64,000 nt of DNA. Source: Planctomycetota bacterium (lineage in GTDB: Bacteria > Planctomycetota > UBA8108 > SXIK01). Made by a program: the position numbers and the translations under genes. The notes beneath the pieces were generated by a model, which saw nothing but the letters and a program-made list of their open reading frames with translations, was not told the origin of the DNA and ran no database searches. The DNA lies in assembly GCA_965223845.1 (NCBI GenBank), contig CBDCXR010000004.1, positions 3,392,001 through 3,456,000 of the forward strand, in the 5' to 3' direction. Numbering within the stretch: position 1 is the stretch's first letter; every line of letters begins with the position of its first letter. Below are positions 1 through 10,754 of this stretch, piece by piece.

Positions 1-6
1 GAAAGA

Positions 7-1326
7 GTGGGAGCGAACGCGCGAACCGGCCGGGCTTCGGGGCTCGCTTTCGGAATCGGACTCGCCTCTCTGATCGGACTCGTCGCGACTCCCGGTGCCG
101 CGCAAACGATCGAGACTCTTCCCTCGACGTACGACGTCGAAGCGCTCGACGAGCACGCACTCGAGCGAGCGGCGCGGACGCGCGGAGACTCGATCGCACT
201 TCTCGTCGGGGGCCGGATGCGCGACGTCGAGCTCGAGCCGGTCGACCTCCGCTCGTATCGATTCACGGCGACCGAGAGCGACTCGCGCGGGCCGCGGCCG
301 GTGTTCCCAGCGCCGCCGAAGACTTACCGAGGCCGCGTCTCGGGCGATGCGGAGAGTGTCGTGCGGCTGAGCGTCACTCCGGGCGGAGTGCGCGGGTTCA
401 TCCGCTGCGAGGAGGGCTGGACCTTCGTACGCCCGGCGCCGACGAACGGCGCGTTCACTCGCGGTGAGCATCTCTTCTTTTCGGACGCGGACCTCGACCC
501 GAGTGAGATCGGCGCATGCGCGGCGGTCGGACCGGCGACTGCGCAAGCGATCGCGGAGGAAGCGGAGCTTGCCGAAGCGACGGGTCTCCGCGTCGTCGAG
601 CTCGCGATCGACGCCGACGTCGAGTACAGCTCGAAGTACGGCTCGACGACGGTGAGTGAGATCGAAGCGATCATGAACGAGGTCGACGGTATCTTCCAAG
701 ACGACCTCGGGCTCACCATCGAGCTCGTCCACATCAATACCTGGACCGCCGAGGAAGATCCCTACACGCACACGAACGCGAACGACCTCCTCAGTCAGCT
801 CGCGAGCTACTGGAACAGCAACTTCTCGTCCGTCGATCGGGATCTCGTCCACCTCTTCACAAACAAGGACCTCGACAACTCGACCGTCGGGATCGCGTTC
901 GTCGGGGTCGTCTGCAGCACGGGGTCGGGATACGGCCTGTCGCAGGATCTATCGGCGCGCTCGCTCATGCCGATCCTCGTCGCGCACGAACTCGGACACA
1001 ACTTCAACGCGTCTCACGACCCGAGCGGGAGTGACCCGCGTTACGTCATGTATCAAAGCGTGAGCTCGCTCAACCTCGATCAGTACAGCGACGCGAGCAA
1101 GACGGCGATCGCGAACTTCGTCGCGAGCCGGAGCTGCCTCGAGCTCCTCGACGACGGCGGCGGCGATCCCGACCCGCCGGGCGGCGGCGGAGGCGAGACC
1201 GGCGGGGGCGGATCGAGCGGCGGAGGTGGCGGGGGCGGCGGTCCCGTCGATCCACTCGTGCTCGCGGCGATCGCGGCGGCCTACGGACTCCGCCGCCGGC
1301 AGCGGGACCACCGCTCCGCGTCGTGA
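7..1326 (+). CDS. Secreted M12/reprolysin-family zinc metallopeptidase with C-terminal GlyGly-CTERM-like sorting tail
   Basis: Signal peptide; HELGHNFNASHD zinc motif and Met-turn (YVMY); C-terminus GGGGGGGPVDPLVLAAIAAAYGLRRRQR (Gly run, TM helix, Arg cluster). Confidence 0.85.
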   Translation: MGANARTGRASGLAFGIGLASLIGLVATPGAAQTIETLPSTYDVEALDEHALERAARTRGDSIALLVGGRMRDVELEPVDLRSYRFTATESDSRGPRPVFPAPPKTYRGRVSGDAESVVRLSVTPGGVRGFIRCEEGWTFVRPAPTNGAFTRGEHLFFSDADLDPSEIGACAAVGPATAQAIAEEAELAEATGLRVVELAIDADVEYSSKYGSTTVSEIEAIMNEVDGIFQDDLGLTIELVHINTWTAEEDPYTHTNANDLLSQLASYWNSNFSSVDRDLVHLFTNKDLDNSTVGIAFVGVVCSTGSGYGLSQDLSARSLMPILVAHELGHNFNASHDPSGSDPRYVMYQSVSSLNLDQYSDASKTAIANFVASRSCLELLDDGGGDPDPPGGGGGETGGGGSSGGGGGGGGPVDPLVLAAIAAAYGLRRRQRDHRSAS

Positions 1327-1964
1327 TGAATCCCGCCGCCGACTTTCGGCGATCGCCCGTCACGATCGTCGCCGGCGCCGCGGCGATTCTCGCGACTGCC
1401 GCTCCCGCTTTCGGCGCACTCCTCGAGGACGTCCGGCCGCTTCCGCACGGTGAGATTTGGCGGCCGTTCACCGGGCACATCGCGCACGCGAGTGTCCTCC
1501 ACCTCGCGCTCAACCTCGCGCTCTTTCTCCCGCTCGCGTGGCTGCGAGAGCGCGCCGTAGGCTCACGGCGCTTTGCGTGTGAGCTCGTGCTCGTCGCGGT
1601 CGTCACGTCGGCGGGAGTTCGGTTCCTCCACGATGATTGGACGACCTATCGTGGGCTATCGGGTGTCGTGTACGGGCTCATCGCGCTTCAACTGCTTCCT
1701 TCCGAACGATCCCGCTTCGCTGACTTCGGCGTACTCATCGTCGCTGCACTCGCGCTGAAGTCGGCATGGGAGCTCGCGATCGGCGGCTGGATCGTGGGCG
1801 CGGATTCGCTGTCGAGCGATCTCGGAGTGCGCTTTCTCCCCGGTAGTCACTGCGCGGGGCTCGCGGCCGGCAGTCTTCTCTGGTGGCTCGCGCGCTGGTC
1901 GACGGCGTGCGTGAACGAAGCTCGATCCGGCGAGGGCATCGCCGGTCTCCGCTCGGAGAGTTGA
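1323..1964 (+). CDS. Rhombosortase (rhomboid-family intramembrane serine protease)
   Basis: GEIWRPFTGHIAH, HLALN, YRGLSG (catalytic Ser), SHCAG (catalytic His); multi-TM; start overlaps the stop of the upstream gene. Confidence 0.85.
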   Translation: MMNPAADFRRSPVTIVAGAAAILATAAPAFGALLEDVRPLPHGEIWRPFTGHIAHASVLHLALNLALFLPLAWLRERAVGSRRFACELVLVAVVTSAGVRFLHDDWTTYRGLSGVVYGLIALQLLPSERSRFADFGVLIVAALALKSAWELAIGGWIVGADSLSSDLGVRFLPGSHCAGLAAGSLLWWLARWSTACVNEARSGEGIAGLRSES

Positions 1965-2014
1965 GCTCGGGAGACCTAGCTCAGCTTCGCGCCTCGCCCG
2001 TTATCGTTCCTCGA

Positions 2015-2659
2015 TCACGGCTTCGATTCGGACTCGACGAGCGCCCGCACCACGCCTTGTGGATCCCGCGCGTCGACGACCGCTCCGATCACTGCGACAC
2101 CCGCCGCGCCCGCATTTCGCGCCGAGCTCGCGTTCTCCGCCGTCACTCCGCCGAGCGCGTACACGGGAAGCGCCGAGAGTCGGCACGCCGATCGCAATCC
2201 TTCGAGCCCGACCGGCGGGAGAGGGTGCACCTTCGAAGTCGCGCCGAAGATCGGAGAGTAGGTCACGTAGTCCGCGCCGGCTGCCGCAGCGCGCGCGAGC
2301 TCGTCCTCGCGGTGGGCCGAGTAGCCGATGATCGCTCTCGCTCCGAGCGCGTCGCGCGCCGTCGCAACCGCGCTCGGATTCCCCCCACCGACGTGGACGC
2401 CGTCGAGGGCGTACTCCTCGCAGAGGCCGACGCTCCGGTTGACGACGACGATCGCGTTCTCAGGCCGCGGGGCCGTGAGAATCGCCTCGATGAGTTCGCG
2501 ATCCTCGCCTTCCCGAACTTGAAGAAACCGCAGCCCGCCCGCCCACGCGCCAGCGAGGACGCGGAGGAATCGATCGAGCCCGACGCGGCGCGCGTCGGAG
2601 ATCAGGAGCACCGAAGGAAAGCGCGGACGGCGTCTCGTCGAGCGACCGTCGTCTGCCAT
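2015..2659 (-). CDS. thiE: Thiamine-phosphate synthase
   Basis: LQVRE, DGVHVG, IIGYSAH, ADYVTYSPIFGATSK, PVYALGGVT motifs. Confidence 0.85.
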   Translation of the reverse strand: MADDGRSTRRRPRFPSVLLISDARRVGLDRFLRVLAGAWAGGLRFLQVREGEDRELIEAILTAPRPENAIVVVNRSVGLCEEYALDGVHVGGGNPSAVATARDALGARAIIGYSAHREDELARAAAAGADYVTYSPIFGATSKVHPLPPVGLEGLRSACRLSALPVYALGGVTAENASSARNAGAAGVAVIGAVVDARDPQGVVRALVESESKP

Positions 2660-2671
2660 CGCTTCGCCCGC

Positions 2672-3757
2672 TCAGGCCTCACCGCATTGCGCGCGATGGC
2701 GCAGCCAGTGATCGACGAGGACGAGCGCCGCCATCGCTTCGACCATCGGCACGGCGCGCGGAAGGACGCAGGGATCGTGGCGCCCCTTCGCGGCGAGCTT
2801 CGTCGCTTCGCCGTCCACGGTGACGGTGTCCTGCTCCTTGTTGATCGTCGCCGTTGGCTTGAAGCCGACCCGCGCGACGATCGTCTCGCCGTTCGAGATG
2901 CCACCCTGCACCCCGCCCGAGTGATTCGTGCGCGTGCGAATTCCGTCCGCCGTGGTCACGAATGCATCGTTGTGCTCGCTTCCCCTGAGAAACGTCCCCG
3001 CGAATCCAGAGCCGATCTCGAAGGCCTTTGTCGCCGGCAAGGAGAGCATCGCCTTCGCGAGGTCCGCCTCGAGTCGATCGAAGACCGGCGACCCGAGACC
3101 CACGGGAACGCCGCGGACGACGAGCTCGACGACTCCGCCGACGGAATCGCCGCCCTTGCGGATCTGCTCGATGCGCTCGATCATCCGCGCCGCCGCTTCG
3201 GTGTCTGGACAGCGAACGGCGTTCGCCTCGATTGCGTCGCGATCGACCGACTCGCTGTCGACGTCCGCTTCGATGTCCTGCACCCGCCGGACGTAGGCGA
3301 GGATCTCGGTCGAGTGTGCGTCCGCGAGAATCCGCCGCGCGATCGCACCGGCGGCGACGCGCCCGATCGTCTCCCGCGCACTCGCTCGGCCCCCACCGGC
3401 GCGCGAGCGGATGCCGTACTTCTTGTCGTAGGTGTAGTCCGCGTGCGACGGGCGGTAAACGTTCTTCAGGTGGTCGTACGCGTCCGAGCGGTGATCGACG
3501 TTGCGAACGAGAAACGCGATCGGCGCTCCGGTCGACTGGCCCTCCTCCACGCCCGAGAGCAGCTCGAGGGTGTCGTCTTCTTTTCGCTGCGTGGTGATCG
3601 CGCTCTGTCCCGGCCGCCGCCGCGCGAGCTCGGCTTGAATGTCTTCGATCACGACGGGGACGCGCGGCGGGCAGCCGTCGATCACGACTCCGATGCCCGG
3701 ACCGTGCGACTCGCCCCACGTCGAAATCTTGAAGATCCGTCCGAAGACGCTTCCCAT
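2672..3757 (-). CDS. aroC: Chorismate synthase
   Basis: [42 protein letters not shown]; start set at MGSVFG. Confidence 0.97.
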   Translation of the reverse strand: MGSVFGRIFKISTWGESHGPGIGVVIDGCPPRVPVVIEDIQAELARRRPGQSAITTQRKEDDTLELLSGVEEGQSTGAPIAFLVRNVDHRSDAYDHLKNVYRPSHADYTYDKKYGIRSRAGGGRASARETIGRVAAGAIARRILADAHSTEILAYVRRVQDIEADVDSESVDRDAIEANAVRCPDTEAAARMIERIEQIRKGGDSVGGVVELVVRGVPVGLGSPVFDRLEADLAKAMLSLPATKAFEIGSGFAGTFLRGSEHNDAFVTTADGIRTRTNHSGGVQGGISNGETIVARVGFKPTATINKEQDTVTVDGEATKLAAKGRHDPCVLPRAVPMVEAMAALVLVDHWLRHRAQCGEA

Positions 3758-3960
3758 CTCGCGCTCCACTTCTCGCCGTCCACTCGTCTTCGGCGCCGCA
3801 GCGCGGCGACTCGATCGGGCGATTGTAGCGTTCGCGCCGAGATGCGTCGAGGCGGGAGAAGCCCGGAAAACGAAGGCGCACGCGCGAACACCAACCAGTA
3901 CCATCGGTCGCGGACGGTCGCTCGAGGCGAGGGACGAGACGCGCGGAGGACGTCGGGAGA

Positions 3961-6900
3961 ATGGCCGAAGGGATGCGCAGCGGAACGAAGCGCCGGTCGA
4001 GTGTTTTGCGATACGCGGCTCTCGCACTAGCGATCACCGGGGCGGTGGGATCCGACCCCGTCGGCGCGCGCGAGGGAGACCTGATCGCGCGCCGTCCGTT
4101 CGCGCGCCTCTCCCCTCAGGACATCGCGCACGACGAAACGGACGGCACGTTCTGGATCACGGTGTTCCTCGACAACGAGATCTACCACTACTCGCCCGAT
4201 CTCACCGAGCCCTTGGGCTCGATCGACTCACCGTTCCAGCCCGTCGGATTCGCGACCGGACTCGCCTACAACAGCCGCGACGACACGCTGCTCGTCGCCG
4301 ACGCGCTCGCCGAAACCGTCATCGAGATCGACAAGACGGGTACGCCGACGGGGCGCGAGATCACGCCCGAATTCCTCGACGGCCCGTCGGATCGGTTCCT
4401 GCGCGGAATGAGTTTCGATCCGAATGGAGACGGCGGGCGCGGGTCGTTCTACGTCGTCGAGATGTTGGGCACGGTGATCTACGAGTTCTCGCTCACCGGC
4501 GAGCGGCTTCAGCACTTCGTCCACCCCGACGATCCCGACGGGTTCCCCGGCGATGGCGGCTCGACCGTCTCGAGCGATGTCGAAATCGTGCGCGACGGCG
4601 CGGGTGACATCTCCGGCTACTACGTGACGGGCGGGAGCGGCGGGAACTTCCTTCGCCGACTCAACCCGTCGGGTGAGTACGAGGGAACCGTTCTCTCGCT
4701 CGCCGATTCCGGAGGCAACGTGAGCGGCGTTCTGCGGCGGCCGCACACCGTGCAGGCCGGGGAGGAGCCCCGCGATGTCTTTCTCGCGGTCGTCGACTCG
4801 AACGCGGACATCGCGATCCTCGAGGGCGGCGATCCGCCCCACCACGAGATTCTCGACTTTGCGTGCCAAACCGTCGATCGCGAGATCGCTCTCGCGTGGC
4901 GGAGCTTCACGACGTACGACCGGATCGAGGTACGGCAGAGCTGCGACGTGCTCGCGACGCTTCCCGGCGACGCCCGCGAGTGGCGCACTCCCGTCGAGAT
5001 CGACGGCGTGTACTCGCTCCATCTCGTCGCGTTCGCCGGCGACGACGAGTTCGTCGCGCCGACGTGCACCGCCGTCGTCGGAGTCGGCGAGGTGACGTCG
5101 TGGGCGACCGTCGAAGGCGAGCTGCTCGTCGATGCGACACGTTTCGGCGAGAACTTTCTCGTGACCGACGCGCGCGCGAAAGCTCTCCTCCTCTTCGGGA
5201 GTGACTTCTCCCTTCTCGGCAACGTCCCGTTCAGCGAAGAATTCGTCGGCGAGGACGAACTCGTGACGGGCGTCGCGTGGGCGCCACCGGATCGAATCTA
5301 CGTCGCGAACGCATCCGCCTCGACGATCGCCGAGCTCGATGACGTGGGGATCGCGCTCCGCGTCTTCGATCTCGCGCTCCCCGATCTCGCGGAGGAGCCG
5401 GAGGAAGGCGAAGAGCCCGAACCCGATCTCGGATTTGTACTCGGGATGACGTTCGACGCCACGGGAAACGGCGGCGAGGGGAGCCTGTGGGTCGTCGAGA
5501 TCGTCGAGGACGTGGTCTTCGAAGTCGACCTCGACGGTCGAGTGATTCGGTCGTTCCGCCATCCGTACCTCGAGATCGAGCCCGCGCCGACCGGACTCCC
5601 GGACGGAATCTCGAGCGGCGGGATTTCGGAGGTACTCGAGCGCCCGGGTGAGCTTTGGCTGAGCGGCGGTACGTTCGAGCGGCGATCGCAAGTCCACGTC
5701 TTTCGCGTCGAGAAGAATTCCGGGCGAGTCGTTCCCGGATCCGAGATTCGCACCGCCGGCGTGTCGGCGCTCTTCGGTACGTCGTCGCTCGGCTTCGTGG
5801 CGTTCCGAGAGAACGAACGGGACGAGATGCTCCTCGTCCCGCGCCCCGGTCGTCGTCCCCGACTCGCGCGGTGGACGACCACCTCGCCTCGGGCGGCCGT
5901 CCCGACGTTCGTGCGCGCGGAGCAGACGAGCTACACGAACGACGTCCGCATTTCGTACCGGCCGCCGCCGGATGTCGATCGCGTCGAGCTCTTCCGCGAC
6001 TGCCAGAAAATTGCCGATGTCGACGCCGACAGCGCCTTCGCGATCGACGCCGACGCTCCTGCAGGCCTCCACGAGTACGCGGTCCGCGGTGTTCGCGATG
6101 GCGTCCCGGGCGACTTCGAACGCACGTCGGTCCACGCCGGACCGGGCGCAGTTCTGCAGACGGGCGAGCTCTTCCCCCTCCTCAGCCCGCAGCAGGTTGC
6201 GGTCGATCCCGTCGACGACTCCGTCTACGTCGTCGTGAACGACCCCGGATCCGAACGCGATCTTCTTCACCTCGATCGCAACTTTCGCTCGCTCGGCGTT
6301 CGGCCGACGGTCGTCGCGGAGCCGTGGGAGATTGCGACGCTCGCCGTGCGCCCGGACGGCGCGGGCGACCGATCGTTCTTCTTCATCCTCTGGCAGCAAC
6401 CGGTTCCGTTCGACCTGATCGGCGAGGAGCCGTTCCTCCTCGTCGAGGAATCATCGAACGGCGAGCTCGTGCGGGAGCTCCCCTTTTTCCCGCCGCGCTC
6501 GGAGCACGGATTCGTCACCTATCCGACGGGGCTCACGTGGGATCCCGCGACCGACACGTTCGTCTACCTCGCTCGCACTTCCGATCTCTTCGTTCGCGCC
6601 ACTCTCGCGGGCGAGACCATCGAGACCTGGCCGCACCCGGCACCGCCGTTTCAAAACTTCGTCTACAACCTCGGGATCGCCGCCGCGCCCGAACGCGGCA
6701 CGTTCTTCATTTCCGGATCGGGTCGACACGATCGGCGGGTCACGAAGATCATGGAGATGCGACCCGGCGGGGAACTCACCGGCGAGGAAATCCCGCTGGA
6801 GAACGTCCGCTCCGTCGTGACCGGGATCGCCCTTCGCGGACCGGATCTCGTCGCCGTCGGCAGAGAGTCCGGGCGTGCGAAGGCGTTCCGCATCAAGGCG

Positions 6901-7176
6901 TTCAGCGAGCTGCCGCCGAGCTTCGTGCGCGGCGACGCCAACGACGACGGCGGCGTCAATTTGTCCGATGCGATCTACACGCTCGAGTATCTCTTTCAGG
7001 GAGGTCCGGTGCCCGCCTGCGAAGACGCCGCGGACGTCAACGACGACGCCGACCTCAACCTGAGCGACGCCGTCTACCTCATTCTCCATCTCTTCGTCAG
7101 CGGAGCTCCGCCCGCGGCTCCGTATCCGGACGCCGGCCTGGATCCGACGCCCGACGGCGTTCGCTGCGGGACGTGA
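3961..7176 (+). CDS. Large secreted protein: three beta-propeller-like modules, two FN3/Ig-like linkers, C-terminal dockerin-like domain
   Basis: Signal peptide; repeated G(M/L)(S/T)(F/W)D...HP blades; C-terminal [17 protein letters not shown]...[18 protein letters not shown]. Confidence 0.8.
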   Translation: MAEGMRSGTKRRSSVLRYAALALAITGAVGSDPVGAREGDLIARRPFARLSPQDIAHDETDGTFWITVFLDNEIYHYSPDLTEPLGSIDSPFQPVGFATGLAYNSRDDTLLVADALAETVIEIDKTGTPTGREITPEFLDGPSDRFLRGMSFDPNGDGGRGSFYVVEMLGTVIYEFSLTGERLQHFVHPDDPDGFPGDGGSTVSSDVEIVRDGAGDISGYYVTGGSGGNFLRRLNPSGEYEGTVLSLADSGGNVSGVLRRPHTVQAGEEPRDVFLAVVDSNADIAILEGGDPPHHEILDFACQTVDREIALAWRSFTTYDRIEVRQSCDVLATLPGDAREWRTPVEIDGVYSLHLVAFAGDDEFVAPTCTAVVGVGEVTSWATVEGELLVDATRFGENFLVTDARAKALLLFGSDFSLLGNVPFSEEFVGEDELVTGVAWAPPDRIYVANASASTIAELDDVGIALRVFDLALPDLAEEPEEGEEPEPDLGFVLGMTFDATGNGGEGSLWVVEIVEDVVFEVDLDGRVIRSFRHPYLEIEPAPTGLPDGISSGGISEVLERPGELWLSGGTFERRSQVHVFRVEKNSGRVVPGSEIRTAGVSALFGTSSLGFVAFRENERDEMLLVPRPGRRPRLARWTTTSPRAAVPTFVRAEQTSYTNDVRISYRPPPDVDRVELFRDCQKIADVDADSAFAIDADAPAGLHEYAVRGVRDGVPGDFERTSVHAGPGAVLQTGELFPLLSPQQVAVDPVDDSVYVVVNDPGSERDLLHLDRNFRSLGVRPTVVAEPWEIATLAVRPDGAGDRSFFFILWQQPVPFDLIGEEPFLLVEESSNGELVRELPFFPPRSEHGFVTYPTGLTWDPATDTFVYLARTSDLFVRATLAGETIETWPHPAPPFQNFVYNLGIAAAPERGTFFISGSGRHDRRVTKIMEMRPGGELTGEEIPLENVRSVVTGIALRGPDLVAVGRESGRAKAFRIKAFSELPPSFVRGDANDDGGVNLSDAIYTLEYLFQGGPVPACEDAADVNDDADLNLSDAVYLILHLFVSGAPPAAPYPDAGLDPTPDGVRCGT

Positions 7177-7206
7177 GATTCGTTTCGGAACCCGCGTCGG
7201 GCTCGG

Positions 7207-8097
7207 CTAGGGTCGAAACAACGGCTCACCGCGAAGGATCGCGAGCGACTCCGTCGCGAGACGCGTTTCGAGCGAGTTCGTCCCCGCGCGGCGAAACGCC
7301 TCGAGCGCGGCGATGGCGTCGGGATGCCGGATACGCCCGAGTGCGCGGATCGACGCCAGCCGAATCGATCGTTCGTCCTCCCCGAGAAGCTCGCGGAGCG
7401 GGACGATGGCGTCGGGATCGGCGATCGTTCCGAGCGCGGTCGCCGCGGCCGCGCGAACGCGAGCGTCCTCTCGACTCGCGCCGGCGAGCCGAGCGATTTC
7501 CGCGACGTTGCGCCGGAGATGTGTCGCCCCGAGCGCCCGGACCGCGGCCGCCCGCAGATCGGGTGAGGCGGCCTCGCGCCGAACGACCTCGAGGAGCGCC
7601 GGTTCGCAGCTCCGCCCCTTGAGACGCGACACTCGGACGGCGACGTCGCTCGACCAGCGTGCGTCGCGCTCCCCGAGCGCGACCAAAGCGCGGACGGCCT
7701 CCGGCCCGCTCAATCGCTCGAACGCGCGTAAGACCTGCTGAATCACTTCCGGCCGCGGATGCGATTCGGCAACCTGCGCGAGTAGCTTCGCCTTCTCCGA
7801 CTCGCGTGGCGGTCGTACTTGTTCGAGAACCAAGGCCCAATCGGCCGGGAGAGTTGCGGAGACGAGCGCGCGGAGAGCGTCGAGGGAGCGATCGTCCTCG
7901 TCCATGGCGTTCGCGCGAGTGTCGCTCTCGCGGCGTTCGCCGGCGACGGGGCCTTCGCGCGGCGACGAATCAGCTCTCGCCGATCCCTCGAAGCTCACGG
8001 GCTGATTCGGAGCGACGGAGCGTTCGAGTTCCTCGCCTGGCGATTGCGGTTCGCATCCGACGAGCGCGGCGACGAGGCACCAGCGACGCCAGCTCAC
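7207..8097 (-). CDS. HEAT-repeat lipoprotein
   Basis: Lipobox LVGC; repeated RAAAVRALG, RAAAATALG, LASIRALG; GTG start overlaps the stop of the upstream GT2 gene. Confidence 0.75.
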   Translation of the reverse strand: MSWRRWCLVAALVGCEPQSPGEELERSVAPNQPVSFEGSARADSSPREGPVAGERRESDTRANAMDEDDRSLDALRALVSATLPADWALVLEQVRPPRESEKAKLLAQVAESHPRPEVIQQVLRAFERLSGPEAVRALVALGERDARWSSDVAVRVSRLKGRSCEPALLEVVRREAASPDLRAAAVRALGATHLRRNVAEIARLAGASREDARVRAAAATALGTIADPDAIVPLRELLGEDERSIRLASIRALGRIRHPDAIAALEAFRRAGTNSLETRLATESLAILRGEPLFRP

Positions 8098-8858
8098 GAG
8101 GAGCGTCCGACTCTCGCCGCTGCGGGGCTCCGCGCGCTCCTCAGAGGCGTACACGTGGGGTCGCGTTCCCGCTCGAGGCGCATGCGCCGGAACGATAGCG
8201 CGGCGTCGAGCTGAAGTCGCGCGAGCCGGAAGACGTGGTAGCGCGACGTGCCGTGAACGCGCGGCTCGTGCTGCACCTCGATCGAGACCGGGCTCTCCGC
8301 GTAGCGAAGGGCGAGTGCCGTGATGAACTGCATTCGCTCGAAGCCGCAGCTCATCGCATCGACGAGGGCGCGGCGGTAACCGCAGAGCATGCAGCCGTGA
8401 TCTCGGATCGAGAAGCCGGCGATCCAGCTCGACAGCCGATTCGAAGCACGCGAAGCGTGACGGCGAAAGAACGAGTCGCGCCGGCGCACCCGATACGTGG
8501 TCACGAGATCATGACCCGCGTCGAGCGCGTCGAGGAGACGAGGGATCTCCTCCGGCGGATTCTGTAGATCCGCATCCAGCGTGACGACCGCGTTGCCGCG
8601 CGCGGCCCGAAATCCGCGGACGAGAGCGCGGTACTGGCCGCCGTTTCGCGCGAGCGTCACCGGAACCACCCGCCCGTCTTCGGCTGCGAGCTCCGCCAGG
8701 ATTCGGCTCGTCGCGTCCGTGCTGCCGTCGTCGACAACGACGAACTCCGACGCCCGCCCCGAGGCGCCGAGACGGTCGAGAACCGCGGCGACCCGCCCGT
8801 AGAGAAGCCGGAGGCTTCGCTCTTCGTTGTACGCCGGAGCGAGAACGGTGAGATCCAT
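8094..8858 (-). CDS. GT2 glycosyltransferase, ArnC/polyprenol-phosphate transferase-like
   Basis: PAYNEE, VVDDGSTD, TLDADLQNPPEEIP, HEPRVHGTSRY. Confidence 0.9.
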   Translation of the reverse strand: MDLTVLAPAYNEERSLRLLYGRVAAVLDRLGASGRASEFVVVDDGSTDATSRILAELAAEDGRVVPVTLARNGGQYRALVRGFRAARGNAVVTLDADLQNPPEEIPRLLDALDAGHDLVTTYRVRRRDSFFRRHASRASNRLSSWIAGFSIRDHGCMLCGYRRALVDAMSCGFERMQFITALALRYAESPVSIEVQHEPRVHGTSRYHVFRLARLQLDAALSFRRMRLERERDPTCTPLRSARSPAAARVGRSS

Positions 8859-9011
8859 GGCCTCAGTCGATCGACGTAAAAGAACTCCCGAGTCGGCAGA
8901 AGGACTCCATGGCTCCCGCCGAATCGCGGCAATCCTATCCCGGGAAATATCGCCGCGCGAGAGTTTCCTCCCCCGCGCGCACTCCGGGAGCTCGGGCGAG
9001 AGCGAACGCGC

Positions 9012-9962
9012 TCAGCACTCTGTTCGCGGACGATTCGCTCGATCTTTGCGGTCGAGAGAGGCGATGTCGATCTCGACCCGCGCGCGCCGCGGCGAGCGAG
9101 CGCCATCGAGCACGGCTCGAAGGAGAGCGGCGCCCCGCGCTCGTCTCCCGGTCGCCGCGGCGACCACCGCACCGAGCATCGTGCGCAACGCGAACGAACC
9201 GCGAGCGAGCGCGCCGCGCCAGCGGTACGGATTCCACCGGCGAGAGAATACGAGCCGATTTCGCGTCCGGTAGTAGGAAGCGACCGCTCCCGTTCCCGTC
9301 GCCGCGCCGCCGATGTGCCACGCACGCGCTGCCGGCACGACGACGGTTCGAAGGCCCTCCCGGCGCGCACGGTATGAGAGGTCGGCGTCCTCGAAATAGA
9401 GGACGAGCTTCGGATCGAACCCGCCGAGGCGTTGGAGCACGCCGGGTCGAAAGCACACGCACGCGCCGCAGACGAAATCGACGTCTCGCGCGCCCGCGCG
9501 TACACCGGCGGCCCGTCCGCAGTAGCGATCGCCGTGCGCAAGACTCCCCGGACGCCCCGACGGCCAGCGCACAAACGAACCGACGTTCCAGCACACCCGG
9601 GGCGACTCGGCGCGCAGAAGCGCGGGGCCCGCGACACCGACGCGGGGATCCGAGACGACCGACTCGAGTCGGAGGAGCGCGTTTCGACCGAGGCAGACGT
9701 CGCTGTTCATCACGGCGAGCATCGAGAGCGGCCGGCTCGTCAGATGGGCGACCCCGGCGTTCGCGCCCGCGGCGTAGCCCAAGTTTTCGCGATACGACAA
9801 GTAGAGGCCGCCCGACCGGCGAACGTCTCCGCGAAGCGAAGGACTCGGGGCCGGATTGTTGTCGACGAACACCACGCGGGCGGCGAGGCCCGATCGCTCG
9901 ATCGAGTCGAGGGCCGCGCGGCCGTAGTCGTCACGACCGAAGTGGACGACGACGACACCCAC
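9012..9962 (-). CDS. GT2 glycosyltransferase (rhamnosyltransferase-like); start uncertain
   Basis: VFVDNN, ENLGYAAGAN, VMNSD, GFDPKLVLYFEDADLSYR, YYRTRNR. Confidence 0.85.
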   Translation of the reverse strand: MGVVVVHFGRDDYGRAALDSIERSGLAARVVFVDNNPAPSPSLRGDVRRSGGLYLSYRENLGYAAGANAGVAHLTSRPLSMLAVMNSDVCLGRNALLRLESVVSDPRVGVAGPALLRAESPRVCWNVGSFVRWPSGRPGSLAHGDRYCGRAAGVRAGARDVDFVCGACVCFRPGVLQRLGGFDPKLVLYFEDADLSYRARREGLRTVVVPAARAWHIGGAATGTGAVASYYRTRNRLVFSRRWNPYRWRGALARGSFALRTMLGAVVAAATGRRARGAALLRAVLDGARSPRRARVEIDIASLDRKDRANRPRTEC

Positions 9963-10173
9963 TCGCGGCGAGGCATCTCGACTCGCGGAGTCGTCGCCGG
10001 ATTGACGCGTAGACGAAATGGGACGAGATTCCTCAGAGAGTTTCGGTCGATCGGCGCGCCCTGTACCGTGCGGTGGCCGACGGGTAGAGTATCGTTTCTC
10101 GGCCGCGCCGGCGCGCCGAGAACGAAAGAGAAGTGGAGGCCGGCCGGCTCGACGAAGGGGCCGGCGAGGAACG

Positions 10174-10431
10174 ATGCAGCGCGAGAACGAGGAGCAGGCG
10201 GGAGTCGCCGCGAGCGCGGGACGACTGGAGAGCGGACGACGATCGTTCGTCATCTACCTCGCGATCTATTCCGTTCTGTGCATCGCACTCGGCGTCGCGG
10301 GCTGGGCGCTCCGCGACGGGGCGACGCTCGCCCCGCCGGAGGAGGGCGACCGAGCGTCGCTCCCCGCCGAGCCGGGGTCGTCGAGCGGCGGGCGCCTGCG
10401 AACGCTCGATCCAGGCGCCGAGCCTCGCTGA
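10174..10431 (+). CDS. Small single-pass membrane protein (hypothetical)
   Basis: GAGGA RBS before ATG; hydrophobic stretch FVIYLAIYSVLCIALGVAGWAL. Confidence 0.55.
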   Translation: MQRENEEQAGVAASAGRLESGRRSFVIYLAIYSVLCIALGVAGWALRDGATLAPPEEGDRASLPAEPGSSSGGRLRTLDPGAEPR

Positions 10432-10507
10432 GCGGCGACGACCTCGCTGGCTCTCCGCGCAGGCGATTGCCAAAATCGACAATTGCCAAAAAAGCCTGAG
10501 CCCCGAG

Positions 10508-10536
10508 TTGACAATTCGGCAATTCCGGCTTACGAT
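10508..10536 (+). promoter_or_regulatory. Sigma70-type promoter for the cyclase-fold gene pair
   Basis: TTGACA-N17-TACGAT in an AT-enriched patch, flanked by ATTGCC/GACAAT/GGCAAT repeats. Confidence 0.75.
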
Positions 10537-10754
10537 CCTCCACGTTCGATCGACCCTTTCGCGCCGCCCGGGTTCGCGCGTTCGCGCCGCAGGAGCGGGC
10601 GCGGCAGAGCGAGAGCTGGCGCGGTTTCGCCGCAGCGAGCGTGGTAGGATCGAGCGAACTCGGCCGCGCCCGGCGTCGATCGCGGGCGCCCCGCCTGCCT
10701 CCGGTGCGTCCGAAGCAACCCACGAGATCTCCCCCCTTAGAAGGAGTCCGTCAC

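Noticed and set aside
1150-1245. GGC-rich simple repeat or G-quadruplex as a separate element
   Set aside because: Explained by the Gly-rich linker of the GlyGly-CTERM protein.
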